Positions 30,164 to 41,401 of a stretch of DNA of 64,000 nt are shown here, in pieces; position 1 is the stretch's first letter, and each line of letters starts with the position of its first letter. Origin of the DNA: Janthinobacterium lividum (lineage in GTDB: Bacteria > Pseudomonadota > Alphaproteobacteria > Acetobacterales > Acetobacteraceae); NCBI GenBank assembly GCA_050954595.1, contig JBPBQE010000214.1:768-64767 (forward strand). Direction: 5' to 3'. Under the pieces are notes generated by a model. The model was not told the origin of the DNA. It ran no database searches and worked only from the letters and a program-made list of their open reading frames with translations. A program made the translations under genes and the position numbers.

Positions 30164-32310
30164 GTGCTGAGATCACGGCACTGGTCGAGGGGCGGCACGG
30201 GGATCCGTTCGCCCTCCTCGGCCCGCATGACGGCATTGTCCGCGCTTACATTCCGGGTGCCGACAGCGTCGAGGTGATCGACGCCGCCGGCAAAAGCCTC
30301 GCCACGCTGGATTGCCTCAACCCGGCCGGCTTCTTTGCCGGCCCGGCTGCTGTGGGCGGCCATTACCGCCTGCGCATCCAGACCCACGGCATCAGCTACG
30401 ACGCCGACGACGCCTATCGCTTTGGCTCCACGCTGGGCGACCTCGACCTGCATCTGCTGACCGAAGGCCGGCATCTCGACATCGGCCATGTCCTCGGCGC
30501 CCACATCGCCGAGTATGACGGCGTCACCGGCACCCGGTTCGCTGTCTGGGCGCCCAACGCCCAGCGCGTCTCGGTAGTCGGCGATTTCAACCACTGGAAC
30601 CCGGCCTGGCACCCGATGCGCAAGCACATGGGCGCCGGCGTGTGGGACCTGTTCATCCCCGGCGTCGCCCCCGGCTCGATCTACAAGTTCGACATGCTGG
30701 GCCAGCACGGTGAGCGCCTGCCGCAAAAGGCCGACCCGATCGCCTGGGCCGCCGAACTACCGCCTGCGACCGGCTCCATCGTCACCGCGCCACTCGACTT
30801 TGCCTGGTCCGATGGCGGCTGGATGGCCCGCCGCGCTGCCGCCCATGGCGTCGATGCGCCGATCAGCGTTTACGAAGTCCATGCCACCTCATGGTCCCCT
30901 GCCGCCGAAGCGGGCGGCATCGGCTGGGACGAGCTGGCCGATAAGCTGGTGCCCTACTGCGCCGGCATGGGGTTCACCCATCTCGAGTTGATGCCGATCA
31001 TGGAGCATCCATTCGGCGGCTCGTGGGGCTACCAGGCCCTCGGCCAATACGCGCCCTCGTCACGGCTCGGGCCGCCGGAAGGCTTCGCCCGCTTCGTCGA
31101 CCGGTGTCACGCCATGGACATCGGCGTCATCCTCGACTGGGTTCCGGCGCACTTTCCGACCGATGCCCACGGTATGGCACAGTTCGACGGCACCGCGCTG
31201 TACGAACATGCCGACCCGCGCGAGGGATTCCACATCGACTGGAACACCTTGATCTTCAACCTCGGTCGCAATGAGGTCCGCAACTTCCTGATCGGCTCGG
31301 CGGTGTTCTGGCTCGAGCACTACCATGTCGACGGGCTGCGCGTGGATGCCGTCGCCTCCATGCTGTACCGCGACTACAGCCGCAAGGCCGACGAGTGGGT
31401 GCCCAACCAATATGGCGGGCGCGAGAATCTCGAATCGGTGGCCTTCCTGCAGGAGATGAGCCGCGTCGTCGAGCAGCGCTGTCCTGGCGCTGTGTTGATT
31501 GCCGAGGAGAGCACTGCCTGGCCCGGCGTGACCAAACCGGCCAACGAAGGCGGGCTCGGCTTCCACTTCAAGTGGAACATGGGCTGGATGCACGACTCGC
31601 TGCACTACATGCAGGAGGAGTCGATCAACCGCCGCTACCATCACGGCGAGATCCTGTTCGGCCTCGTCTATGTCCACACTGAGAAGTTCATGCTTCCGCT
31701 CAGCCATGACGAGGTCGTCTACGGCAAGCACTCGCTGATCGGTAAGATGCCGGGCGACGACTGGCAGCGCTTCGCCAACCTGCGCGCCTATTACGGCTTC
31801 ATGTGGACCTACCCCGGCAAGAAGCTGTTGTTCATGGGCTGCGAGTTCGCTCAGGAGCGCGAGTGGAACCACGACATCGGACTCGACTGGTTCCTGCTCG
31901 ACGACCCCAAGCATGCCGGCATGCAGGCCGCAGTGCGCGACCTCAACAAGCTCTATCGCGAAGTCCCTGCCCTACACGATGGCGATTGCCAGTCGGCCGG
32001 CTTCCGCTGGGTGGTGATGGAGGATGCCGAGAACTCGGTGTTCGCCTATTTGCGCCAGTCCGTCGCCGGCGGCCCGCCCGCCTTGGTGATCTGTAACTTT
32101 ACCCCCGTGCCGCGCTACGATTACCGCCTGGGCGCACCGCATGCGGGCTCATGGGTCGAGCGCTTCAACAGCGATGCCGCGATCTATGGCGGTTCCAACC
32201 TCGGCAATGGCGGCGAAGTCACGGCCCACGAGCACCCGTCGCATGGCTTCCCGGCCTCTCTCACCCTGACCCTGCCACCGCTCGCGACCATCGTGTTGCT
32301 ACCGCGATGA
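30160..32310 (+). CDS. glgB: 1,4-alpha-glucan branching enzyme
   Basis: 716 aa. [60 protein letters not shown] overlap with the treS stop. Confidence 0.95.
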
Positions 32311-32332
32311 CTTCTCTGATCGATTGACCCCC

Positions 32333-34063
32333 ATGAAATTCAAGCACGACTTCCCTTTCGGCGCGACCGTGCTGAGCGACGAGTCCACACGCTTCCGCGT
32401 TTGGGCTCCTTCTGCCCCGACCCTTGATCTCGCCATTAACGGCGGCCGTCTCGGCATGGTCGCCGAAGCCGATGGCTGGCACAGCCTCACCGTCCCCGCC
32501 AAGGCCGGCACGCGCTACCAATACGTTATGCCCGACGGCCTGCATTTTGCCGACCCGGCGTCCCGCATGCAGGACACCGACGTCCACGGCGCATCAGTCG
32601 TGGTCGATCCCCGCGAGTTCGTCTGGAAAACGGAGAACTGGAAGGGCAAGCCCTGGCACGAATACGTTCTCTACGAGCTGCATCCCGGTCTCATGGGCGG
32701 CTTCCGCGGCATCGAGGACCACCTGCCCGAACTGCAGCGGCTCGGCGTCACCGCCATCGAGTTGATGCCGATCTCGGATTTTCCGGGGCGGCACAACTGG
32801 GGCTATGACGGCGTTCTGCCCTACGCACCCGATCGCGCCTATGGAACGCCGGATGAGCTGAAGAGCCTCATCGACACCGCACATGGTCTCGGCATCGCCG
32901 TCTTCCTGGACGTCGTCTACAATCATTTTGGCCCCGACGGCGCCTACATCCACGTCTTCGCCCGCAAGTTCTTCCGCGAGGATCTGCATACGCCCTGGGG
33001 CGCCGCGATCGACTTTCGCCGCGTCGAGGTGCGCGACTATTTCATCCAGAACACCATTTACTGGTTGAACGAATACCGCTTCGACGGCCTACGCTTCGAC
33101 GCCATCGGCGCCATCCTGGACGAGGATTTTCTCGTCGACCTCACCCGCATCGCGCGCGGGCAGATCGAATCCGGCCGGCACATCGCCCTGGTCGCCGAGG
33201 ACGAACACAACCGCTCGCACCTGCTCGGCGGCGCCCCGCGCTTCGATGCGCAATGGGCCGACGACTTCCACCATTGCATGCACGTGTTGCTGACCCGCGA
33301 GAGCGAGGGCTATTACGACGGCTTCCAGGATGCGACGAACCAGTTGCGCCGGGTCCTGGCCGAAGGCTTCGCCTATCAGGGCGAGACCCCGCCCGGCGGC
33401 ACCAAGGGCCGCGGCTCGCCCAGCGGCGAGCTGCCAAGCACCGCGTTCGTCACCTTTCTGCAGAACCACGATCAGACCGGTAACCGCGCCATGGGCGAAC
33501 GGCTCAGCGTACTCGCCGAGCCGGACGCTGTCCGCGCCGCCACTTCCCTGCTGTTGCTGACGCCGTTCATCCCGATGCTGTTCATGGGCGAGGAATACGC
33601 TAGCACGACGCCGTTCCTGTTCTTCACCGACTTCCACAACGAACTCGCCGACGCGGTCCGCACCGGGCGCCGCAACGAGTTCCGCGGCTTCTCGGGGTTC
33701 AAGGACGCGGCCAAGCTGGCTCGCATTCCCGACCCGAACGCCCCCAGTACGTTCGCCGCCTCTGCACCGGAGCCCACCGATCCGGCCCAATTCGATTGGA
33801 TGCGCAATGTCATCTCGCTCCGCCGCAAACACGTTGTGCCGGGCATACCCGGCTGTCGCAGCGAAGGTGCCGAGGTGCTCGGCGAGGGTGCGGTTCGCGC
33901 CGAGTGGACGCTTGGCGATGGTAGCCGGCTCATGATCGCGCTCAATCTCGGCACAAAGGTGGTCGATCCGAAGATGCCGATGGCCCAGACCATTCATGCG
34001 GAAGGCACCGCAGATTCCACCGCGCTCGGGCCCAACAGCTTCTTCGCGCAGCTAGCCCGATGA
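32333..34063 (+). CDS. treZ: Malto-oligosyltrehalose trehalohydrolase
   Basis: GH13_10 pattern FGATVL...FRVWAP, WGYDGVLPYAP, VFLDVVYNHFGPDG, GLRFDA, LQNHDQ. ATG 32333 is preferred over the in-frame TTG at 32324. Confidence 0.88.
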   Translation: MKFKHDFPFGATVLSDESTRFRVWAPSAPTLDLAINGGRLGMVAEADGWHSLTVPAKAGTRYQYVMPDGLHFADPASRMQDTDVHGASVVVDPREFVWKTENWKGKPWHEYVLYELHPGLMGGFRGIEDHLPELQRLGVTAIELMPISDFPGRHNWGYDGVLPYAPDRAYGTPDELKSLIDTAHGLGIAVFLDVVYNHFGPDGAYIHVFARKFFREDLHTPWGAAIDFRRVEVRDYFIQNTIYWLNEYRFDGLRFDAIGAILDEDFLVDLTRIARGQIESGRHIALVAEDEHNRSHLLGGAPRFDAQWADDFHHCMHVLLTRESEGYYDGFQDATNQLRRVLAEGFAYQGETPPGGTKGRGSPSGELPSTAFVTFLQNHDQTGNRAMGERLSVLAEPDAVRAATSLLLLTPFIPMLFMGEEYASTTPFLFFTDFHNELADAVRTGRRNEFRGFSGFKDAAKLARIPDPNAPSTFAASAPEPTDPAQFDWMRNVISLRRKHVVPGIPGCRSEGAEVLGEGAVRAEWTLGDGSRLMIALNLGTKVVDPKMPMAQTIHAEGTADSTALGPNSFFAQLAR

Positions 34064-36054
34064 GCGATCTTCGCGCCCTTGCCGAAGCCGTCGGCATCGC
34101 GCCGCGCTGGCAGAACTACCGCTACGAGTGGATGGACGTCAGCGACGACTCGTTGCGCACGATCCTGAAGGCGCTCGGCTTCCCGGCCGGGTCCGACACC
34201 GAGATCGCCGAAAGCCGCGCCAGCCTAGCAGCAGAACGCGGCGACCTGGCGCCCATGATCACCACCACGGTCGACACGCCGACACCGCTGCCGATCGAGC
34301 CCGGTCCCTACGAGCTGACCCTCGAGGACGGCACTCGCCGCAGCGGCACGTTGGACGCGGCCGAGGGCGGCGCCACGCTGCCGGGGGTCGCAGAGATCGG
34401 CTATCACACCCTGAAAGCCGGCCGTAGCCAGGCGATCCTCGCCGTGGCACCGCAGCAGGGTCGCACCGTGGCCGACATGGGGCGTCCGTGGGCGCTCGCC
34501 GTTCAACTCTATGCCTTGCGGCGCAAGGGCGATGGCGGGCTCGGCGATTTCGAGGGGCTGCGGCAGCTCATGGCGCCGGCCAAGCGGCACGGTGCCGACG
34601 GCATCGCCATCAGTCCGGTCCATGCGCAGTTCTCCGCCGACCCCGACCGCTTCAGTCCTTACTCGCCGTCGAGCCGCATCAATCTCAACGTATTGCACGC
34701 GGCGATCGACCTGCCGTCGAGCCCGGAGAACGATGCGCTGGAACAGGCCGAACTGGTGGATTGGGGCACCGTCTCCCGCCGGCGCCTGGCCGCGCTGCGT
34801 GCCGAGTTCGACGCGCTGTCGCCGGAAAAGCGCGCCGCCCTGGCCGCCTTCCGCGCCGAAAGCGGCGATGCTTTGGAGACCCACGCCCGTTTCGAGGCAC
34901 TGCACGCGGTTCAATTCGGTCAGCACGGTCGTTGGCACTGGCGCACCTGGCCGGCAGAACTACGCCACCCCGCCAGCCCTGACGTTGCCGCCTTCGCCCG
35001 CGACAACGCCATCGAGGTTGCCTACCACGCCTTTCTACAGTGGCGTGCCGACCAGGGCCTCGCCGCGGCACAGAAGGCGGCGCGCGACGAAGGCATGAAG
35101 ATCGGCCTGATCGCCGACTTGGCCGTCGGTGCCGATTCCGGTGGCAGCCATTGCTGGGCGCGGCAGGACCAGATCCTGGGCTCGCTCAACATCGGTGCCC
35201 CGCCCGACCTGCTGAACGGCCGCGGCCAGAATTGGGGCCTTGCCGCCTTTTCGCCGACCGGGCTGCGCCAACACGGCTTCGGCGCGTTCCTTGAGATGCT
35301 CCGCGCGGCGATGAAGCATTCCGGCGGCGTCCGCATCGACCACGCCCTCGGCTTGCGCCGCCTCTGGGTCATCCCGGACGGCCACGACTCCAAGGACGGC
35401 GCCTATCTCGCTTTCCCGCAGGAGGACCTGCTCCGTCTTATCGCCCTCGAGTCGCATCGCAACCGTGCGATCGTCGTCGGCGAAGACCTAGGCACCATCC
35501 CGGCCGGCTTCCAGGACGAGATGGCGCAATCCGGCGTGCTCGGCATGCGGGTGCTGTGGTTCGAGCGGAACCTGCAGAGCTTCTGGCAACCCCGCGGCTG
35601 GAGCAACGCCGCCGCCGCCATGACCAGCACCCATGATCTGCCGACGCTGGCGGGCTGGTGGCTCGGCCGCGACCTTGAATGGCGCGCCAAGCTCGACCTC
35701 GCCGGCGGTCCGGACAACGAGGCCCAGGACGGCCACGACCGCTTCCGCGACCGCTTCATGCTGTGGGAGGCCATGTCGGTCAGCGGCGCCGCCGAAGGTG
35801 AGCCCCCACCCAACGATCAGCCTGGCCCGTTTGTCGACGCCGCCACCCGCTACGTGGCAGCGGCAGCCTGCGATCTCGCGCTGCTACCGATCGAGGACGC
35901 GCTCGGGCTCGCCGAGCAACCCAACCTGCCCGGCACGATGTCCGAGCAGCACCCGAACTGGCAGCGCCGCCTCCCCGGCTCGGCCGACAAACTATTTGAT
36001 GCCCCCGAGGTCGTCGCGCGACTTGCCGGTGTGGGCGAGGCCCGCCACACATGA
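34060..36054 (+). CDS. malQ: 4-alpha-glucanotransferase (amylomaltase)
   Basis: 664 aa. GH77 motifs GDFEGL, ISPVHA, GLIADLAVG, VRIDHALGL, VGEDLGTIP. ATGA overlap with the treZ stop. Confidence 0.9.
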   Translation: MSDLRALAEAVGIAPRWQNYRYEWMDVSDDSLRTILKALGFPAGSDTEIAESRASLAAERGDLAPMITTTVDTPTPLPIEPGPYELTLEDGTRRSGTLDAAEGGATLPGVAEIGYHTLKAGRSQAILAVAPQQGRTVADMGRPWALAVQLYALRRKGDGGLGDFEGLRQLMAPAKRHGADGIAISPVHAQFSADPDRFSPYSPSSRINLNVLHAAIDLPSSPENDALEQAELVDWGTVSRRRLAALRAEFDALSPEKRAALAAFRAESGDALETHARFEALHAVQFGQHGRWHWRTWPAELRHPASPDVAAFARDNAIEVAYHAFLQWRADQGLAAAQKAARDEGMKIGLIADLAVGADSGGSHCWARQDQILGSLNIGAPPDLLNGRGQNWGLAAFSPTGLRQHGFGAFLEMLRAAMKHSGGVRIDHALGLRRLWVIPDGHDSKDGAYLAFPQEDLLRLIALESHRNRAIVVGEDLGTIPAGFQDEMAQSGVLGMRVLWFERNLQSFWQPRGWSNAAAAMTSTHDLPTLAGWWLGRDLEWRAKLDLAGGPDNEAQDGHDRFRDRFMLWEAMSVSGAAEGEPPPNDQPGPFVDAATRYVAAAACDLALLPIEDALGLAEQPNLPGTMSEQHPNWQRRLPGSADKLFDAPEVVARLAGVGEARHT

Positions 36055-38819
36055 AGCCCATTTCCGCCACCGCCCGGCTGCAGTTCCACAAAGACTTCAC
36101 CATGGATGACGCCACCCGCCTCATCCCGTATTTCGACAAGCTCGGCGTCAGCCATCTGTATGCGTCGCCGCTGCTCAAGGCGCGCGCCGGGTCGACCCAC
36201 GGCTACGACATCGTCGACCATAATCAGATCAATCCCGAGCTGGGCGGCGAAGCCGCCTTGCAGCGCATGGTCGGCACCCTGCGCCAGCATGGCATGGGCC
36301 TAATCCTGGACATCGTGCCGAACCACATGGGCGTCGGCGGCGACGACAATGCCTGGTGGCTCGACGTGCTGGAGTGGGGTCGTGCCAGCCCGTATGCCGA
36401 GTATTTCGATATCGACTGGGACCCGTCTGACCCGACTCTGCGCGGTCGCATGTTGGCTCCGTTCCTCGGCAGCCCGTATGGCGAGTGCCTCCAAAACGGC
36501 GACATCGTCCTAAAATTCGACGACACGAACGGGCGTATGTTCGTGTCGTACGGCGAACACCGCTTCCCAATCGCGCCGCGCGATTACGCATCAATCCTCC
36601 TCACCTCCGGCGGTGTGCTCGAGGCGCCGGCCCGTGCTTTCGCCGACCTCGGTCCCGGCGGTCGTGCCGACGTGCGTCTAGCCGCCCGTGAAGCCCGCGA
36701 GGAGTTGCTGCAGCCGTCTTATGCCCGTGCCATCGGCGAGGCGCTGCAGGAATATTCAGCCAAGACCCCGGCCGGCCAGGACCGGTTGCACCGTCTGCTC
36801 GAGCGCCAGGCCTATCGCCTGTCGTGGTGGCGGGCGGCGACCGATGAGATCAACTGGCGCCGCTTCTTCGACGTCAACGGCCTCGCCGGCGTTCGGCAGG
36901 AAGTGCCGGAGGTATTCGAGGCCACCCACAACACCGTGCTGCGCCTTTACCGGGAAGGTTGGATCGACGGCGTCCGCATCGACCATGTCGACGGCCTCGC
37001 ATATCCCCGCGAATACTGTCGCAAGCTGCGCCGTCGTCTCGACACGCTGCAATCCGAGCGGCCTGAGGCGTTGCGCGCCGACAAGGCGATCATCTGGATC
37101 GAAAAGATCCTCGCCCCGAACGAGCGCGTGCCCGCCGACTGGCTGACCGACGGCACCACCGGCTACGACTTCATGAACGACGTCGCCGCCGTGCTGCATG
37201 ACGGCCAGGGCGAAGCCGCACTGACTGCGCTCTGGACCGCGATGACCGGGCGCACCGGCGAGTTCCAGGTGGAAGCCGAAGCAGCCCGGCGCCAGATCGT
37301 CCGCGAAAGCCTCAGCAGCGAGTTGTTCAATACCGCAACCGCGCTCCATCGCGTCGCGCGGCGCAACCTGACCACGCGCGACTACACGCTCACCGCGATC
37401 CGCACCGTGCTGATCGAGTTGCTGACCCACTTCCACACCTATCGCATCTACGCCGGGGCCGGTGGCCTGTCGGACGCCGACCAGCAACAACTGGCCCGCG
37501 CCATGTCCGCCACGCGCCGCACGGTGCGGACGGCCGACCTACCCTTGCTCGAGCTGATCGGGGATTGGATCTCTGGCAAGAATCTGCGCCACACACCGGC
37601 CGGCACCGCCCGGGCCGAGCATCAGCGTGCCATGGTAAAGTTTCAGCAGCTGAGCGCGCCGACCGCGGCCAAATCGGTCGAGGATACCGCCTTCTACCGC
37701 TACGGCCGCTTGCTCTCGCGCAACGAGGTCGGCAGCGAGCCTAGCCAGTTCGCCATGTCCCCACAGCAGTTTCATGTGGCGAACCAGCTGCGCCAGAAGC
37801 GTGTGCCGCTGGCGTTGCTGGCCACTGCGACGCACGATCACAAGCGGGGCGAGGACACCCGCGTTCGCCTGGCCGTGCTGAGCGAGATTCCTGGCGAATG
37901 GCAAGGGATGCTGCAACGCTGGATCCGGCTCAACGCATCCCTCAAGCGCGACATTGACGGCCCCGCCCCGGACGCCGCCGACGAGATCATGCTGTATCAA
38001 ACCCTCGTCGCGGCCTGGCCCCTGAGCCTGACCGCCGATGATGGCGAAAGTCTTGCCGCCTTCGGCAAGCGCGTGTTCGGCTGGTTCGAGAAGGCATTGC
38101 GCGAGGGCAAGCGCCGGTCCGGCTGGGCGGTGCCCAACGTTGAATACGAGGCCGCCTGCCGCGCCTTTCTCGATGCTTGCCTCGACCCCGGTCGTCCCTT
38201 GGCCGGGGAGCTCGCCAGCTTCGCCGGCCGGTTGGCGCTTCCCGGAACCGTCAACGGCCTGTCGCAAACCATGCTGCGGCTGACCAGCCCCGGTGTCTGC
38301 GACCTGTATCAGGGCACCGAGTTCTGGGACTTTTCCCTCGTTGACCCCGACAACCGCCGCCCGGTCGATTTCCCCGCCCGCGAACGGGCGCTCGCCGCCC
38401 TGGGTGACCCGGCTGATCTCATGCCGGACTGGCGCGACGGCCGGATCAAGCAAGGGATCATCGCCCGCGCCCTGGCCTTGCGCGCACGCGACCCGCGCCT
38501 GTTCACCACCGGCAGCTACACGCCGCTCCAGGCCGAAGGCCCCGCCGCGCACCATATTCTAGCCTTCCTCCGCAGCTACGAAGACACCACGGCACTGGTG
38601 GTGGTGACGCGCTTGCCCGTCAGCGTGGGGTTGGCGAACGATCTACCTCTGGCGTCGCCCTCGCATTGGCACGAAACGAGACTCAACTTGCCGAAGAACC
38701 TGACCGGTCGTTCTCTCGTTGATAGCCTAGGAAGCATGCGGGAGGCGGAGATCATGTCCATAACGGAGGTCGGCCCCCTTCTGTCACGGCTACCGGTGGC
38801 GTTGCTGGAGATCCGATGA
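36051..38819 (+). CDS. treY: Malto-oligosyltrehalose synthase
   Basis: 922 aa. ATARLQFHKDFT...LGVSHLYASPLLKARAGSTHGYDIVDH, LDIVPNHMGV, GVRIDHVDGL. ATGA overlap with the malQ stop. Confidence 0.9.
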   Translation: MKPISATARLQFHKDFTMDDATRLIPYFDKLGVSHLYASPLLKARAGSTHGYDIVDHNQINPELGGEAALQRMVGTLRQHGMGLILDIVPNHMGVGGDDNAWWLDVLEWGRASPYAEYFDIDWDPSDPTLRGRMLAPFLGSPYGECLQNGDIVLKFDDTNGRMFVSYGEHRFPIAPRDYASILLTSGGVLEAPARAFADLGPGGRADVRLAAREAREELLQPSYARAIGEALQEYSAKTPAGQDRLHRLLERQAYRLSWWRAATDEINWRRFFDVNGLAGVRQEVPEVFEATHNTVLRLYREGWIDGVRIDHVDGLAYPREYCRKLRRRLDTLQSERPEALRADKAIIWIEKILAPNERVPADWLTDGTTGYDFMNDVAAVLHDGQGEAALTALWTAMTGRTGEFQVEAEAARRQIVRESLSSELFNTATALHRVARRNLTTRDYTLTAIRTVLIELLTHFHTYRIYAGAGGLSDADQQQLARAMSATRRTVRTADLPLLELIGDWISGKNLRHTPAGTARAEHQRAMVKFQQLSAPTAAKSVEDTAFYRYGRLLSRNEVGSEPSQFAMSPQQFHVANQLRQKRVPLALLATATHDHKRGEDTRVRLAVLSEIPGEWQGMLQRWIRLNASLKRDIDGPAPDAADEIMLYQTLVAAWPLSLTADDGESLAAFGKRVFGWFEKALREGKRRSGWAVPNVEYEAACRAFLDACLDPGRPLAGELASFAGRLALPGTVNGLSQTMLRLTSPGVCDLYQGTEFWDFSLVDPDNRRPVDFPARERALAALGDPADLMPDWRDGRIKQGIIARALALRARDPRLFTTGSYTPLQAEGPAAHHILAFLRSYEDTTALVVVTRLPVSVGLANDLPLASPSHWHETRLNLPKNLTGRSLVDSLGSMREAEIMSITEVGPLLSRLPVALLEIR

Positions 38820-40276
38820 GCCCTGCACCCAATCGACTGGTCGTCGTCAGCAACCGGGTTCCCGTCCCGAGTGCGGCCGGCGCCCAGGCCGGCGGCCTCG
38901 CCGTAGCGCTGTACTCATTGATGCAACAGCGCGGTGGTCTCTGGTTCGGTTGGAGCGGAAAAGTCTCCACCTCGACCGAGATACGCAAGGTCGATGACGA
39001 CGCCGTGCAATACGCGACCGTCGATCTGACGGCGGAAGAACATGACCGCTTCTACAGCGAGTTCTCCAACGGCACGCTCTGGCCGTTGCTGCATTCGATG
39101 CCCGAGTTGATGACGTACGATCGGCGCAACGCGCAGGTCTATCGCGAGGTCAATGATCGCTTTGCCGCGACGGTGGCTCCGCTGCTGCGGCCCGGTGACA
39201 TGATCTGGGTTCATGATTATCACCTGCTCGCCCTACCCTCGGCATTGCGCGCGCGCGGCGTCAGCGGCCCGATCGGCTTCTTCCTGCACATCCCGTTTCC
39301 GGGCACCGACATGCTGTCAAAGGTACCGGAAGCAGCCGCCCTCGTCCGTGACCTGCTTTCCGCCGATCTAATCGGCTTCCAGACCGAGAACGACACCCGC
39401 AATTTCGCCGAAGCGGCCATCCGGCTGGCCGGTGCGGAACGGAGCGGTGCCAACTTCCTCCTCATCGGCGGTCGCCGGGTCCGTATCGGCGCCTTTCCGG
39501 TCGGTATTGGGCCCCAGGAGTTTGCCGACACCGCGCAGGATGCCTGGTTCGGCGCCTCCGTCGAGCGCTTGCGCCGCAGCCTGTCGCAGCAATCGCTCGT
39601 GCTCGGCGTCGACCGGCTCGACCCGACCAAGGGGCTATTGCAGCGTCTTGCCGGCTTTCGACGTCTGCTGGAGCGCTCTCCGGCCTGGCATCGCCGCGTC
39701 ACACTGCTCCAGATCGCGGCGGAGTCCCGCACCGATGTCGCCGCGTATCGCGATCTACGCCAGTCGATGGAAGGTGACGCCGGCAATATCAACAGCGCGT
39801 TTGCCGAGCCGGACTGGACGCCACTGCGGCTCATTGCGCGTGCCGTACCGCGCGACACGATCGCCGGCTACATGCGCGAGGCCCGCGTCGGCCTAGTGAC
39901 TCCCTTGCGTGACGGCATGAATCTCGTCGCCAAGGAGTTCATCGCCGCACAGGACCCGCAGGATCCGGGTGTCTTGATCCTGTCTCGCTTCGCTGGCGCC
40001 GCCGAGCAGTTGACCTCCTCGATCCTGGTCAATCCCTACGATGCCGACGAAATGGCCGACGCGCTCGACCAAGCGCTGTCCATGAGCCTCGCAGAGCGCC
40101 AGACCCGCTGGCAGCATGGCTGGGACGCCATCAAGGACAGTTCCGCCATCGGCTGGGGCCGCACCTTCGTCGCCGGGTTGCTACGCACCACAGCGCCGAA
40201 GCTGCGCCACGTCTTTGCCGAACCGGCCCCGCAACTGCCGGGTCGCCCCGACAGCGGCGAGATCGCCCGGCTGTAA
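38816..40276 (+). CDS. otsA: Alpha,alpha-trehalose-phosphate synthase (GT20)
   Basis: 486 aa, collinear with E. coli OtsA as I recall it: [65 protein letters not shown] overlap with the treY stop. Confidence 0.92.
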   Translation: MSPAPNRLVVVSNRVPVPSAAGAQAGGLAVALYSLMQQRGGLWFGWSGKVSTSTEIRKVDDDAVQYATVDLTAEEHDRFYSEFSNGTLWPLLHSMPELMTYDRRNAQVYREVNDRFAATVAPLLRPGDMIWVHDYHLLALPSALRARGVSGPIGFFLHIPFPGTDMLSKVPEAAALVRDLLSADLIGFQTENDTRNFAEAAIRLAGAERSGANFLLIGGRRVRIGAFPVGIGPQEFADTAQDAWFGASVERLRRSLSQQSLVLGVDRLDPTKGLLQRLAGFRRLLERSPAWHRRVTLLQIAAESRTDVAAYRDLRQSMEGDAGNINSAFAEPDWTPLRLIARAVPRDTIAGYMREARVGLVTPLRDGMNLVAKEFIAAQDPQDPGVLILSRFAGAAEQLTSSILVNPYDADEMADALDQALSMSLAERQTRWQHGWDAIKDSSAIGWGRTFVAGLLRTTAPKLRHVFAEPAPQLPGRPDSGEIARL

Positions 40277-40278
40277 CC

Positions 40279-41334
40279 TCAGGCCGCGGTCAGCACGACC
40301 CGGCCGGTCACCTTCCCATCCCGCAACCGCATCAGCGCCTCATTGGCGCTGGCCTGCGGCACTTGGGTGATCGGTGTGGGTTGCAGCTTACCGTCCTGCG
40401 CCAGGGCCACCAGCGCCCGCAACTCCTTCGGGTTGCCGACGTAGCTGCCTTGAACGGTCAGCCCACGCATCGCCATCATCGGCAATGGCAGCGTCAACTC
40501 GCCGCCGAACAGCCCGACCTGGATCAGCTTGCCGCCCTTGCGCAGCGCCGCGAACCCGAACGCCGCCGTGCTGGTGCCATTGACGAGGTCGATGACGGCC
40601 TCCGCCGGCCCGCCACAGGCCGCTATGATCTTTTCTGCAACCCCGTCGCCGCTGCCATCGACCACGGCCGTGGCACCCGCCTTCAACGCGTCCTGCCGCT
40701 TGGCCTCGCTGATATCGACCGAGACGATCGCCTGGTGTCCCAGCGCCTTTAGCACCGCGATCGCCGCCAGCCCGAGCCCGCCAGCACCGACCACGACGAT
40801 CGGCTTATCGGGCGCCATCGGCATCACCTTGTTGATGGCGGAATAGACCGTGATGCCCGAGCAGGCATAGGTCGCCGCCAGTGCTGGATCGAGCGTTCCG
40901 GGATCGACCAGATGCCGGGACGCCGGCGCCAGCACATGGGTCGCATAGCCGCCGTTCTGGAACACGCCCAACGCCCGCGAGACCAGGCACATGTTGTCCT
41001 CTTCCGCCAGGCAGCGGTCGCAGGTGCCGCAGCCCAGCCACGGATAGACGATCCGGATATCCCCGACCGCCACGCCCGAGGCATCCGGCCCGAGCTTGAC
41101 CACCCGGCCGACGATCTCGTGCCCCATCGCCAGCGGCAACACCACGCCACGATCCTTGAGCGACATCTTCTTGCCGCCGCCGAGATCATAATAACCGTCC
41201 CAGATGTGCAGGTCGGAGTGGCAGACCCCGCAATGCGTGACCTCGAGCAGGATTTCGGTGCCTTTCGGCTCCGGTGTCTGCATCTCCATTTCCTGGAGAT
41301 CCCTGCCATTCTCGACCACGGCCCAAGCGCGCAT
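40279..41334 (-). CDS. Zinc-dependent alcohol dehydrogenase (MDR superfamily)
   Basis: 351 aa. Catalytic-Zn motif GVCHSDLH, structural Zn CGTCDRC, NAD fold VVGAGGLG. AAGGAGGA Shine-Dalgarno. Confidence 0.85.
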   Translation of the reverse strand: MRAWAVVENGRDLQEMEMQTPEPKGTEILLEVTHCGVCHSDLHIWDGYYDLGGGKKMSLKDRGVVLPLAMGHEIVGRVVKLGPDASGVAVGDIRIVYPWLGCGTCDRCLAEEDNMCLVSRALGVFQNGGYATHVLAPASRHLVDPGTLDPALAATYACSGITVYSAINKVMPMAPDKPIVVVGAGGLGLAAIAVLKALGHQAIVSVDISEAKRQDALKAGATAVVDGSGDGVAEKIIAACGGPAEAVIDLVNGTSTAAFGFAALRKGGKLIQVGLFGGELTLPLPMMAMRGLTVQGSYVGNPKELRALVALAQDGKLQPTPITQVPQASANEALMRLRDGKVTGRVVLTAA

Positions 41335-41401
41335 CGCGTCCTCCTTTTATGTTTATGTTGCCGCCATCATCACGCGTCTGCCGGGCTCTGCAAAGCCCTG
41401 T

